NCBI GenBank assembly: GCA_035512575.1
Contig: DATKDT010000073.1
Coordinates: 1,519 to 65,518 of the forward strand
DNA: 64,000 nucleotides
Reading direction: 5' to 3'
Source of the DNA: Vicinamibacterales bacterium
Lineage (GTDB): Bacteria > Acidobacteriota > Vicinamibacteria > Vicinamibacterales > SCN-69-37
Shown here: positions 42,900-51,105 of the stretch, piece after piece
Layout: each line of letters begins with the position of its first letter
Numbering within the stretch: the stretch's first letter is position 1
The notes under the pieces: generated by a model
Databases searched by the model: none
What the model was told of the DNA's origin: nothing
What the model saw: only the letters and a program-made list of their open reading frames with translations
Program-made: the position numbers and the translations under genes

Positions 42900-43361
42900 A
42901 TGGGAGTGTCTTTAGTGCTTGTGTTCGCTCTGCTCGAGACGCTTGCGCCATCGCAGGTGCAAGCGGCGGCGCAAATTCGGACGCTTCGTGACCGATCGAA
43001 CGCGGCGATTGCTCGGCACGATGTGGAGGCTGTCCTGTCGTTCCTGGATGTTGAGTATCAGATCACCGCGGGAAGCGGGAGCCTCTCCAGCGGCCTCGCA
43101 GCAGAGCGTGAGATCTGGAAGGACACCTTTGCGCGCGCAGCTGATGTGGTGTATGTGCGTACCGCGGAATCGATCGAAGTGAGTTCGCCCGCCGTGAGCG
43201 CGGCCGAAATCGGTCGCTGGGTAGGCTCTTGGACGACGCCAGACGGAGTTCGTCGCACCGGTGGGCGCTACGCGGCACACTGGCGCTATGTGAACAGCGC
43301 GTGGAAGATTCGCTCCGAGCTCTTCGTGACGCTGTGGTGCGAAGGTCCCGGCTGCTCGTGA
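42900..43361 (+). CDS. cassette 1: secreted NTF2-like (SnoaL/DUF4440-like) protein
   Basis: Signal peptide. RHDVEAVLSFLD...W...GRYAAHWRYVNSAWKIRSELFV follows the pattern of NTF2-fold proteins. GAGGG Shine-Dalgarno 7 nt upstream. The stop lies 10 nt before attC. Confidence 0.65.
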   Translation: MGVSLVLVFALLETLAPSQVQAAAQIRTLRDRSNAAIARHDVEAVLSFLDVEYQITAGSGSLSSGLAAEREIWKDTFARAADVVYVRTAESIEVSSPAVSAAEIGRWVGSWTTPDGVRRTGGRYAAHWRYVNSAWKIRSELFVTLWCEGPGCS

Positions 43362-43370
43362 CGTTGGGCT

Positions 43371-43446
43371 CCCTAACATCGGCTTGCAGCCGACGGCGGC
43401 GCACGCAAGCATTGATGCCGCCGCGGCTGAAGCCGGCGCGTTAGGC
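43371..43446 (+). other. attC recombination site 1 (76 bp)
   Basis: R'' ccctaac and R' gttaggc. The arm ggctt(G)cagccg(A)cggcggc pairs with gccgccgcggctgaagcc, leaving two unpaired bases in the 5' arm. Confidence 0.8.
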
Positions 43447-43457
43447 GGTGCATTTTT

Positions 43458-44150
43458 ATGACGATCTACAGATACACGCCACAAGAGGCTTGGGTGAAAC
43501 ACGTCAAGCCCGCTCTAAATATAGCCGCGTGGATTGAGGATAGCTCGGCAGTGGGAACCGACATCGACTTGAGTAAGAGAGAGGTACTCTCCCTATTACT
43601 CATTGCTCACGTCCGGCGGGACCAGACCCAAGCGAACTGCCGCATTGGCTATGACACCGAGGGTGTAGAGCCGAATGACGGTTTTGTCGAAGGGAAGGAT
43701 GGGGCGATTCATGTAGAGAGCAAACTGGTCGCTCAATATGACGAGCGACCATTGCTCGACGCGATAAGGGAGACGTATGACAAGTACGAGGGACGCGGAC
43801 CTGCCTACGGAAGCGGCCGAGAACTAATGGTCTTCGCAAACCGCGCTAGCGACCGCCCCGGTCTGACCAGGGTATCGAGCTTACGCGATCACATCTTGAC
43901 CAGAAAAGAGTCGCCGTTCGATCGTGTGCTTCTTGCATACTGCCGTCCACATGGACCGCCGGGGACAATTAGCATTGGAGTAGTCGAAGCCTTTCCTGGC
44001 AAGGGATTCGCGCACGTCAACATCGACGTTACCTCTGGAGAAGCAGGGTTAAGGCTTGTCATTCCGTTCAGTGCCCCCGTCTCGCAAAGCTCCCCAGCCG
44101 ACGCCGACAAGCGGCGCGGCTCAACTTCAAGCATAGGCGGAAAACACTGA
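43458..44150 (+). CDS. cassette 2 gene A: hypothetical protein, possible PD-(D/E)xK nuclease-like core
   Basis: 230-aa ORF starting 12 nt after attC1. The segment EPNDGFVEGKDGAIHVESKLV fits a D...ExK pattern. No family recognised by eye. Lower GC. Confidence 0.6.
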   Translation: MTIYRYTPQEAWVKHVKPALNIAAWIEDSSAVGTDIDLSKREVLSLLLIAHVRRDQTQANCRIGYDTEGVEPNDGFVEGKDGAIHVESKLVAQYDERPLLDAIRETYDKYEGRGPAYGSGRELMVFANRASDRPGLTRVSSLRDHILTRKESPFDRVLLAYCRPHGPPGTISIGVVEAFPGKGFAHVNIDVTSGEAGLRLVIPFSAPVSQSSPADADKRRGSTSSIGGKH

Positions 44151-44175
44151 TGCAGCAGGCATCGGCCTAGAACAA

Positions 44176-44742
44176 ATGTGGTTATCAAAGACCGTTCCCG
44201 TATTCTTGGCAGGGATGTGGCCTGCCAAATTGCAACAACCGGGTAGCGGAACGAAGGTCGCAGTTCTGGATCGCGAAGGTGGAACGGTTCTCTTGCAGGG
44301 TTTCTCGGATGAGGCGGGTTTCTTTGTGGGTCGGTTGTCCGCGTCATGGATTGGAAAGCAAGTCTACATAGTCGTGCGGGAGGTGAGCTTCAAATACGAC
44401 TATTTCAATCCGCTGAAAGTAGAACGTTGGGGCTTGTTTCTAGCGGTACGCCAAGAGAAAGATCTCTTTTATAACGGTACCCAGGGTGCAAAATTGCTGG
44501 ATCCCCGAAGATGGGAAAGCTGGAACGCGACTGCCGAGCACATTAGAGCCTCCGCGGTCATAAACTCAGCAGCAAGGCGAGCCAAGATCGCTTGGCCCAT
44601 TCGTCAGGTGGGCCTGCTCGTAGCCGTAGCAGTTGGTGTCGCCGGCTTCGTCGTGCATCCAATAATAGGATTGGTATTGGGCGTCATAACGTATGGCGGC
44701 ACTGAGGTTCTTGCACATGTGTTGTTGCAGCGAGGGTACTAA
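44176..44742 (+). CDS. cassette 2 gene B: hypothetical protein with soluble N-terminal domain and two C-terminal TM helices
   Basis: 188-aa ORF 25 nt after gene A. C-terminal VGLLVAVAVGVAGFVVHPIIGLVLGVITYGG is hydrophobic. No family recognised by eye. Confidence 0.6.
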   Translation: MWLSKTVPVFLAGMWPAKLQQPGSGTKVAVLDREGGTVLLQGFSDEAGFFVGRLSASWIGKQVYIVVREVSFKYDYFNPLKVERWGLFLAVRQEKDLFYNGTQGAKLLDPRRWESWNATAEHIRASAVINSAARRAKIAWPIRQVGLLVAVAVGVAGFVVHPIIGLVLGVITYGGTEVLAHVLLQRGY

Positions 44743-44771
44743 CGCGAAATGGCACACGGCAAGCGGATACC

Positions 44772-44837
44772 GCCTAACATCACAGTGCACCGGACGCACG
44801 CAAGAACGGCGTGCGCCGGTGACTGTGAACGTTGGGC
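44772..44837 (+). other. attC recombination site 2 (66 bp)
   Basis: R'' gcctaac and R' gttgggc. The arm acagt(G)caccgg(A)cgcac pairs with gtgcgccggtgactgt. The TAACATC spacer and bulge positions are the same as in attC1. Confidence 0.8.
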
Positions 44838-45081
44838 GGACCAGGCCAGAGTCCACGATGTTCTTGGTTTCACTCATTGGCATGACCTTGCCGGTTTCTT
44901 GCCTTGCACTCGCGTAGGTGCTGGCTATTCCGTATGGCTAATGCTGGATGGTTTTCCTGTTGGTTCGAACGTCGCGGTAGCGATCACCGCGTACGATCTC
45001 GGCCCCAAGGTGCTGAAGGCGGATGCTCAGACCCAAAAGTGAGACCGGTCGCATTTTCCGATTGACGACCGATTAGGTCGG

Positions 45082-45139
45082 ATATAACATCCCTCGCTAG
45101 TTGAGAATGTTCTCAGTTAGCGAGGGATTGATGTTCCGG
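45082..45139 (+). other. long hairpin overlapping the Shine-Dalgarno/start of the TonB receptor; possibly a degenerate terminal attC
   Basis: The stem atccctcgcta...tagcgagggat (11 bp) encloses gagaa-tg-ttctc. It begins with ATAACATC, like the two attC sites, but has no bulges and a poor R' (gttccgg). Confidence 0.35.
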
Positions 45140-47569
45140 TCGAGTGCGTGCTGTCTTCTCCTCCTGACGTTCCTGGGTTCCGGCCCCGTTCAGGCCCAGT
45201 CGACAACGCCGACGGGCCTGGTCATCTCGCAATCGGGCGCCCCGGTGCCTGGCGCCGAGCTCACGATTCAGCCTTCCGGCGGCGCGGCATCGTTCGTCAC
45301 GGCTGACGTCACGGGCCGGTTCGACCTGACGATGCTGGCGCCGGGCGAGTATCGAATTTCCGTACGGGCCACCGGCTTCTCGCCCGTCACGGAACGGCTG
45401 ACCGTGCGAGCCGGCCAGCCGGCCGAGGTCACGCTGGTCCTGCCCGAAATCGTGCGCGAGCGCGTCGACGTGGTCGGGCACGCGAGCCTCCGCGACAAGA
45501 TCCCCGGCTCCGCGTGGGTGATCGACCGCGCCGAGATGGAAACCCTCACCGCCGCCACGGGCGACATCCACCGGATGCTGCGGCAGGTGCCCGGCCTGAA
45601 CGTCCAGGAAGAGGAGGGCTACGGCCTGCGCCCGAACATCGGGATGCGCGGCACCGGCACCGACCGCAGCAGCAAGATCACGATGATGGAGGACGGCGTG
45701 CTGATCGCCCCGGCGCCCTATTCGGCTCCGGCGGCCTATTACGCGCCCACGGCCGGGCGGATGGCATCGCTCGAAGTGCGGAAGGGATCGAGCCAGATCA
45801 AGTACGGCCCGATCACGACCGGCGGCGTGCTGAACTACGTCTCGACCAGCATCCCCTCGTCATTGCAGCTTCGCGGCACCGTGACGGCGGGCGCGCACGG
45901 CACCGGGAAGATCACCGCGGCCGCGGGCGACTCGTATCGCCACTTCGGCTGGCTCGCCGAGACGTTCCAGTTCCGCAGCAGCGGCTTCAAGCAACTCGAT
46001 GGCGGCGGCGACACCGGCGTCGAGCTCGCCGATTACCTGGTGAAGGTGCGCTTCAACACCACGCCGACGCCGATGTTCTATCAGGAACTGGAAATCAAGT
46101 TTGGCCGCACCGAGCAGCACGGCGACGAGACGTATCTCGGTCTCACCGACGCAGACTTTTCGACGTCGCCGCTGCGCCGGTATGCGGCCTCGCAGCAGGA
46201 CGTGATCGACACCTCCCACGAGCAGTATCAGGCGCGCCACTTCCTGGCGCGCGGCAACCTGGATCTGACCACGGTTGTGTACCGCAACAACTTCAGCCGC
46301 GCCTGGTACAAGCTGCAGAGCGTGCTGGGCGCGGGCCTGGGCGGCGTGCTCGCGGCGCCCGATCTCAACGCCGAGCGCATGGCCGTGCTCCTGGGCGGCG
46401 ACAGCCCGGCCGACGCCCTCACGGTGCGGAACAACAACCGCAGCTACTTCGGCGCGGGCGCGCAGTCGGTGCTGGGCCTGTCGCTCTCGGCCGGCGGCGT
46501 TCGACACCAGGTCGAAGCCGGCGTCCGCTATCACGAGGATGAGGAAGACCGCTTCCAGCAGGACGATCGCTACCGGATGCTCGGCGGACGCATGCTGCTC
46601 ACGCGGGCAGGCGCGCCCGGCAGCCAGGACAACCGCGTCGTCGGGGCTCGCGCCGTCGCCGGGTTCGTGTCGGACACCATCAGCCGGGGACGGTGGAGCG
46701 TCTCGCCGGGCCTTCGCTACGAAACGATCGATTTGAATCAGACGTCGTATGCGCTGACCGATCCGGCGCGGGGCGGCAATCCGGCGGTTGTTTCCACGGA
46801 GGTCGACGCGCTGATCCCCGGCATCGGCGCGAGCTTCGATCTTCGTCCGGACGCGAGCCTCTTCGGCGGCGTGCACAAGGGGTTCGCCCCGCCCGGGCCG
46901 GGCGCGGCCGAGGGCACCGAGGTCGAGCACAGCGTCAATTACGAGCTCGGTACGCGCGTCCGGCGCAGCGGCCTGCGCGCTGAAGTCATCGGCTTTTTCA
47001 ACGACTACGGCAACCTGCTCGGCCGCGATACGCTCGCGACAGGCGGGACCGGCGACGGGCGGCTGTTCAACGGCGGGAAGGCGCAGGTCTACGGCCTCGA
47101 GACGGCCGTGCAGTGGAATCCCGCGCCCGCGCTCGGGCTTCGGTCAGGTCTGCCCATGCGCCTGGCGTACACGCTGACCCACGCGGAATTCCGCAACACG
47201 TTTCAGAGCCGGTTCGGGCCGTGGGGCAACGTGCGCATCGGCGACGAGCTGCCGTACGTCCCGCGCCACCAGCTCTATGCCAGCATCGAAACGGATCATC
47301 AGTCGTGGCGGGCCCGGCTCGACGGGTATTACGTGGGCCGCATGCGGACGCTGGCGGGCCAGGGCGCGTATGCCGCCGCCGACTCCACCGACGCGCACGT
47401 GGTCATCAATGCGTCGGGAGAGTACGTGCTGACCGGCGGAGCGACGCTGTTTGCGAGCGTGCAGAATCTCGCCGACAGCTCCTACATCGTGGCGCGCCAT
47501 CCGGCCGGCGTCAGGCCCGGGTTGCCGCGCTCGTTCCAGGCGGGTCTCAGAATCGGCCTGGGTCGATAG
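45131..47569 (+). CDS. TonB-dependent outer-membrane receptor with N-terminal carboxypeptidase-regulatory-like domain
   Basis: Start at ATG 45131 (MFRSSACCLLLLTFLGSGPVQAQ). CarboxypepD_reg-like GLVISQSGAPVPGAELTI...GEYRISV. The plug includes IDRAEM...GLNVQEE, a long beta-barrel follows, and the C-terminus ends LRIGLGR. Confidence 0.85.
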   Translation: MFRSSACCLLLLTFLGSGPVQAQSTTPTGLVISQSGAPVPGAELTIQPSGGAASFVTADVTGRFDLTMLAPGEYRISVRATGFSPVTERLTVRAGQPAEVTLVLPEIVRERVDVVGHASLRDKIPGSAWVIDRAEMETLTAATGDIHRMLRQVPGLNVQEEEGYGLRPNIGMRGTGTDRSSKITMMEDGVLIAPAPYSAPAAYYAPTAGRMASLEVRKGSSQIKYGPITTGGVLNYVSTSIPSSLQLRGTVTAGAHGTGKITAAAGDSYRHFGWLAETFQFRSSGFKQLDGGGDTGVELADYLVKVRFNTTPTPMFYQELEIKFGRTEQHGDETYLGLTDADFSTSPLRRYAASQQDVIDTSHEQYQARHFLARGNLDLTTVVYRNNFSRAWYKLQSVLGAGLGGVLAAPDLNAERMAVLLGGDSPADALTVRNNNRSYFGAGAQSVLGLSLSAGGVRHQVEAGVRYHEDEEDRFQQDDRYRMLGGRMLLTRAGAPGSQDNRVVGARAVAGFVSDTISRGRWSVSPGLRYETIDLNQTSYALTDPARGGNPAVVSTEVDALIPGIGASFDLRPDASLFGGVHKGFAPPGPGAAEGTEVEHSVNYELGTRVRRSGLRAEVIGFFNDYGNLLGRDTLATGGTGDGRLFNGGKAQVYGLETAVQWNPAPALGLRSGLPMRLAYTLTHAEFRNTFQSRFGPWGNVRIGDELPYVPRHQLYASIETDHQSWRARLDGYYVGRMRTLAGQGAYAAADSTDAHVVINASGEYVLTGGATLFASVQNLADSSYIVARHPAGVRPGLPRSFQAGLRIGLGR

Positions 47570-48737
47570 CGCGGGCCACGCGCGCGGCTTCGGTTTCGGC
47601 GCGCTCGACCAGCGCCGACACGCCGATGCGCCCGAGGTAGTTGCCGCAGACGCCAAGCCAGGGCGGGAGCGTGGCGGAGGCCTTTGCGGCCTCCGCCACC
47701 GCCTCGTCGTAGATCGGCAGCGCCGCCGTCCAGCCCTGGGCGTGCAGCGCGACGGGGGAGTCGCGCCGTCCGGTGAGCTGCTCGCGATCGCGCTGAACCG
47801 CCGCGTCGATCTCGCGCGCGGGCGCGCCGGCGAGCGCCGCGTCGCCATAAATCCACCGCTCCGATCGCAGCGCGCCGCGGCCGTCGAAAATCTCCGTATT
47901 GAACAGCACGCCCAGCGCGCGCGCACTGCCGCGGGGGAACAGCACGCCGAAGCCGCGGATGTCGTCCGCGTGACGCGCAAAGAACGCCGTCGCCGTGACG
48001 AGCGGCGCGCTGCGGATGCGGGCGGCGGCCCCCGCCAGCGGGGGATGATGCGGCGCAAGCAGCGGCGCCGCGGCGGCCGCGCTGGTACAGACCATCACCG
48101 GCACGCCGGGTTCGAGCGATGTCGCGTGCCGCGCGAAGGTGAATGTGGCGCCGCGCCTCGTCAGCGCGTCCACGAGCGCGGTAATCATCGCGCCCATCCC
48201 GTCGCGCGGGGCGGCCAGCCGGATGCGCTCGCGCTTGCGCGCGATCCCGACGGCCTCGGCCGACAGCTCCGCGGCGGGCGCGCCGTAGATGCCCTGCAGC
48301 GCGGGCGCGAGCAGCGACGCCGTGGCCGCGCGGCCCACCACGCGATCACCCCACGCGGCCACCGACTCTCCGGGGCGAGGCTTGATCCGCCCGCGAAGCC
48401 ACGCGGCCCCGAACCGGCCGAGCGTCGCGGCCGTCTCACCGGCCGTCAGCGGCCAGCGGCGCGGGCGGCCATTCCGGAAAATGTAGCGGCGGCGGCTGGC
48501 CTCGCGCGCGAACATCGGCTCGATGCCCAGCGACTGAAACAGCCTGTCGACGGCCGGCGCCCAGACGAATCCGTTCGCGCCCGTCTCAACCGGCCCCTCG
48601 GGAAGCACAATGGTGTGAATGAGCCCGCCCGGCACGGGCGCGGCTTCGACAATCTCCACGGGAATGCCGCGGCGCGCGAGCGCCCACGCGGCCGACAGGC
48701 CCGACAGGCCCGCGCCGACGACGCGGACGCGCGTCAT
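47547..48737 (-). CDS. hemY: FAD-dependent protoporphyrinogen/coproporphyrinogen oxidase (HemY-type)
   Basis: In-frame ATG at 48737 (MTRVRVVGAGLSGLSAAWALARRG, an FAD dinucleotide fold). ATGA overlap with hemN. The upstream part of ORF 47547-50009 is off-frame over hemN. Confidence 0.75.
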   Translation of the reverse strand: MTRVRVVGAGLSGLSAAWALARRGIPVEIVEAAPVPGGLIHTIVLPEGPVETGANGFVWAPAVDRLFQSLGIEPMFAREASRRRYIFRNGRPRRWPLTAGETAATLGRFGAAWLRGRIKPRPGESVAAWGDRVVGRAATASLLAPALQGIYGAPAAELSAEAVGIARKRERIRLAAPRDGMGAMITALVDALTRRGATFTFARHATSLEPGVPVMVCTSAAAAAPLLAPHHPPLAGAAARIRSAPLVTATAFFARHADDIRGFGVLFPRGSARALGVLFNTEIFDGRGALRSERWIYGDAALAGAPAREIDAAVQRDREQLTGRRDSPVALHAQGWTAALPIYDEAVAEAAKASATLPPWLGVCGNYLGRIGVSALVERAETEAARVARAIDPGRF

Positions 48738-50083
48738 ATCGAGGTCGAGTACACGGGCGCGGCAGGACGCTCGGCCCGGTAGCGATCGTCGAAGAACGCC
48801 GCGATGTTGCGCAGGAACGGCCGGCCGGCGCCGGTGACGCGCAGCTCGCGGTCCAGGACTTCCACGAGGCCGTCTTCGGCAAGCGGCGCAAGGAACGCGC
48901 GCGCGTCCGCGGCGTCGCTGCCGTCGAGCGCCGCGCGAAACGTCGTCATCAGCGACAGAATCTGTTCGCGCCGGCGCTGCTCGACCGCGGTCAGCCGGTG
49001 GCCGCGCAGCGTCGGAATCTCGCCGGCGTCGATGCGCCGGTCGTAGACCGGCAGGACTTTTTCGTTCTGGTGATAGCAGGCGCGCGTCTCGGAAATGGCG
49101 CTCACGCCAAGGCCGAGCAGCACGTCGGTGCGCGCGTCGGCATAGCCCATGAAGTTGCGGTGGAGGGCGCCCTCGGCCGCGGCGCGCGCGAGGCCGTCTT
49201 CGGGCCGCGCGAAGTGATCCATGCCGATCTCGACGTAGCCGGCGGCAAGCAGGCCGTCGCGCGCGATCTCGTACAGCTCGCGCTTGGCGGCCCCGGCGGG
49301 AATCTGATCGTCTCGGAACTTCCGCTGCGCCGGCTTGATCCACGGTACGCGCGCGAAGCTGTAGACCGCCAGGCGATCGGGCGCCAGGCCGGCGATGGCG
49401 CTGGTCAGCACGCGCATCGAGGCGGGCGTCTGTCCCGGCAGGCCGTAAATCAGGTCGACGTTGATCGACTCGTAGCCCAGCGCGCGCGCGTCGCGGCAGA
49501 GGGCCGACGTCAGTGCGAGCGGCTGCCGGCGGTTGACCAGGCGCTGGACTTCCTCGTCGATGTCCTGCACGCCCATGGAGATGCGGCGGAAGCCGCGCCC
49601 CGCCAGCGTCTCGAGGTGGGCCGTCGTCGTCACGCGCGGATCCGCCTCGAACCCCGCCTCGAACGCGCCGGCGCGCGCCGGCAGCCCGCGCGCGATGGCG
49701 TCGGCCAGATGCGCGAGCGTCTCGGGCGCGAGAAACGTCGGCGTGCCGCCGCCGAAATGCACCTGGCGCAGCGGCCGCGCCGCCAGCGCCGGCACGGCGG
49801 CGAGGTACATCTGCAGCTCCGCCAGCACGCGCGCGACGTACGGCCCCTCGCGCCCGTGGTCGCGCGTGATGACGTTGTTGCAGCCGCAGAAGGTGCAGAG
49901 CGACTCGCAGAACGGCAGGTGCACGTAGAGCGCCAGGGACGCGTCGGACGGCTCCAGCGCCGCGCCGAGCGCCCCGATCCAGGCGTCGCCCGACGGCGTG
50001 TCGGTCCACTGCGGCACGGGCGGATAGCTCGTGTAGCGCGGCACCTGCACGTCGTACTTCGCGAACAGATCGCGCGGCGTCAT
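48734..50083 (-). CDS. hemN: oxygen-independent coproporphyrinogen III oxidase (radical SAM, HemN-type)
   Basis: In-frame ATG at 50083 (MTPRDLFAKYDVQVPRYTSYPP). Radical-SAM CxxxCxxC motif in LPFCESLCTFCGCN. Confidence 0.9.
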   Translation of the reverse strand: MTPRDLFAKYDVQVPRYTSYPPVPQWTDTPSGDAWIGALGAALEPSDASLALYVHLPFCESLCTFCGCNNVITRDHGREGPYVARVLAELQMYLAAVPALAARPLRQVHFGGGTPTFLAPETLAHLADAIARGLPARAGAFEAGFEADPRVTTTAHLETLAGRGFRRISMGVQDIDEEVQRLVNRRQPLALTSALCRDARALGYESINVDLIYGLPGQTPASMRVLTSAIAGLAPDRLAVYSFARVPWIKPAQRKFRDDQIPAGAAKRELYEIARDGLLAAGYVEIGMDHFARPEDGLARAAAEGALHRNFMGYADARTDVLLGLGVSAISETRACYHQNEKVLPVYDRRIDAGEIPTLRGHRLTAVEQRRREQILSLMTTFRAALDGSDAADARAFLAPLAEDGLVEVLDRELRVTGAGRPFLRNIAAFFDDRYRAERPAAPVYSTSI

Positions 50084-51105
50084 GCGAACGCCTCGCGTAC
50101 TTCGCGCACGAACAGACGCACGTTCGCTTCCGGCGTGCCCGGCAGCACGCCGTGCCCGAGTCCGCAGATCCAGCCGCGCCGCTCGCCGGCCGTCAGCGCG
50201 CGAATCGGCGCGAGCCACGCGTGGATGGCGGCGCGCAACGCCGGTTCCGGCATCAGCATCAGGGCCTGGTCGAAATTCCCCTGCACGAAGCCGCGCCGAT
50301 CGGAGGCCAGCAGGCGCGCCAGCGACCATCGTGAGTCGACCCCGAGCCCCGCCCAGGACGCCTCCGCGAACGTGGCCGAGGTCATCTGGTCGGGGTGCGA
50401 CGCCTTGGCGTAGTAGCCGATGCGATTGGGAAACGCAGACGCGAGCGCCGCCAGATCCGGCGCGACGGCACCCGCGAAGCACGACGGCGGCAGCTCGCCC
50501 GCGGCCGTGTCGAGCACCATCACGACATCGGCGCCCGCGTCGAGCTGCATGCGGATCGCTTCGGTCAGCAGCGGCACGGCCAGGGCCGCGAAGCCGCGAT
50601 AGAGCGCCGGCGACGACTTCGCGACAGCCAGCGCGCCGGCGTGCGATCCCTCGCACGCATAGACGAACAGCGTCCAGGGGCCGCCCACGAACCCGATCAG
50701 GCCCTTGCCGCGATCGAGCCGCGCGCGCGTCGCCGCGACCGCATCCGCCTGAAAGCGCAGGTGCGGCACGGCCTCCTGCCAGGGCCGCAGGGAGGCCAGT
50801 ACGTCCGGCGTCAGCTTCCGGTCGAGCGCCGGGGGACCGGCGTCGTAGCTGAGCCCGAATCCCAGTGCCTCGAGCGGAAACAGCAGATCGCTGAACAGGA
50901 TCGCCGCATCGAAGTCGAAATCCTCGATGGCGTTCATCGCCACGGCGGCCGCGAGCTCGGGCACGCGGCACAGCCGCTCGAAGCTGTGCTCGCGCCGCAA
51001 GTGCTGATACCGCTGCTGATACCGGCCGGCCTGGCGCATCAGCCAGATCGGCGGCACCGGCTGGCTCTCGCCGCGAAGGGCGCGCGCGAACCGTCCGTCG
51101 CTCAT
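50080..51105 (-). CDS. hemE: uroporphyrinogen decarboxylase
   Basis: PIWLMRQAGRY motif. ATGA overlaps with the response regulator (upstream) and hemN (downstream). Confidence 0.9.
   Translation of the reverse strand: MSDGRFARALRGESQPVPPIWLMRQAGRYQQRYQHLRREHSFERLCRVPELAAAVAMNAIEDFDFDAAILFSDLLFPLEALGFGLSYDAGPPALDRKLTPDVLASLRPWQEAVPHLRFQADAVAATRARLDRGKGLIGFVGGPWTLFVYACEGSHAGALAVAKSSPALYRGFAALAVPLLTEAIRMQLDAGADVVMVLDTAAGELPPSCFAGAVAPDLAALASAFPNRIGYYAKASHPDQMTSATFAEASWAGLGVDSRWSLARLLASDRRGFVQGNFDQALMLMPEPALRAAIHAWLAPIRALTAGERRGWICGLGHGVLPGTPEANVRLFVREVREAFA

Larger units (their letters stand above)
41718..45139 (+). mobile_element. chromosomal integron: intI (pseudogene) plus 2-3 gene cassettes, with intI co-oriented with the cassettes
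   Basis: An IntI-type integrase is followed by small same-strand ORFs. These are separated by two imperfect palindromes bounded by RYYYAAC...GTTRRRY cores. G+C drops in 43450-45100. Confidence 0.8.

Noticed and set aside
44566-45042. ORFs 44749-45042 (+, 97 aa), 44693-44917 (+) and 44566-44883 (-) after cassette gene B
   Set aside because: All three run through attC2 (44772-44837). Their 5' parts are encoded by the recombination-site palindrome. No family resemblance. Retained only as the possibility of a very short peptide in an otherwise ORF-less cassette.
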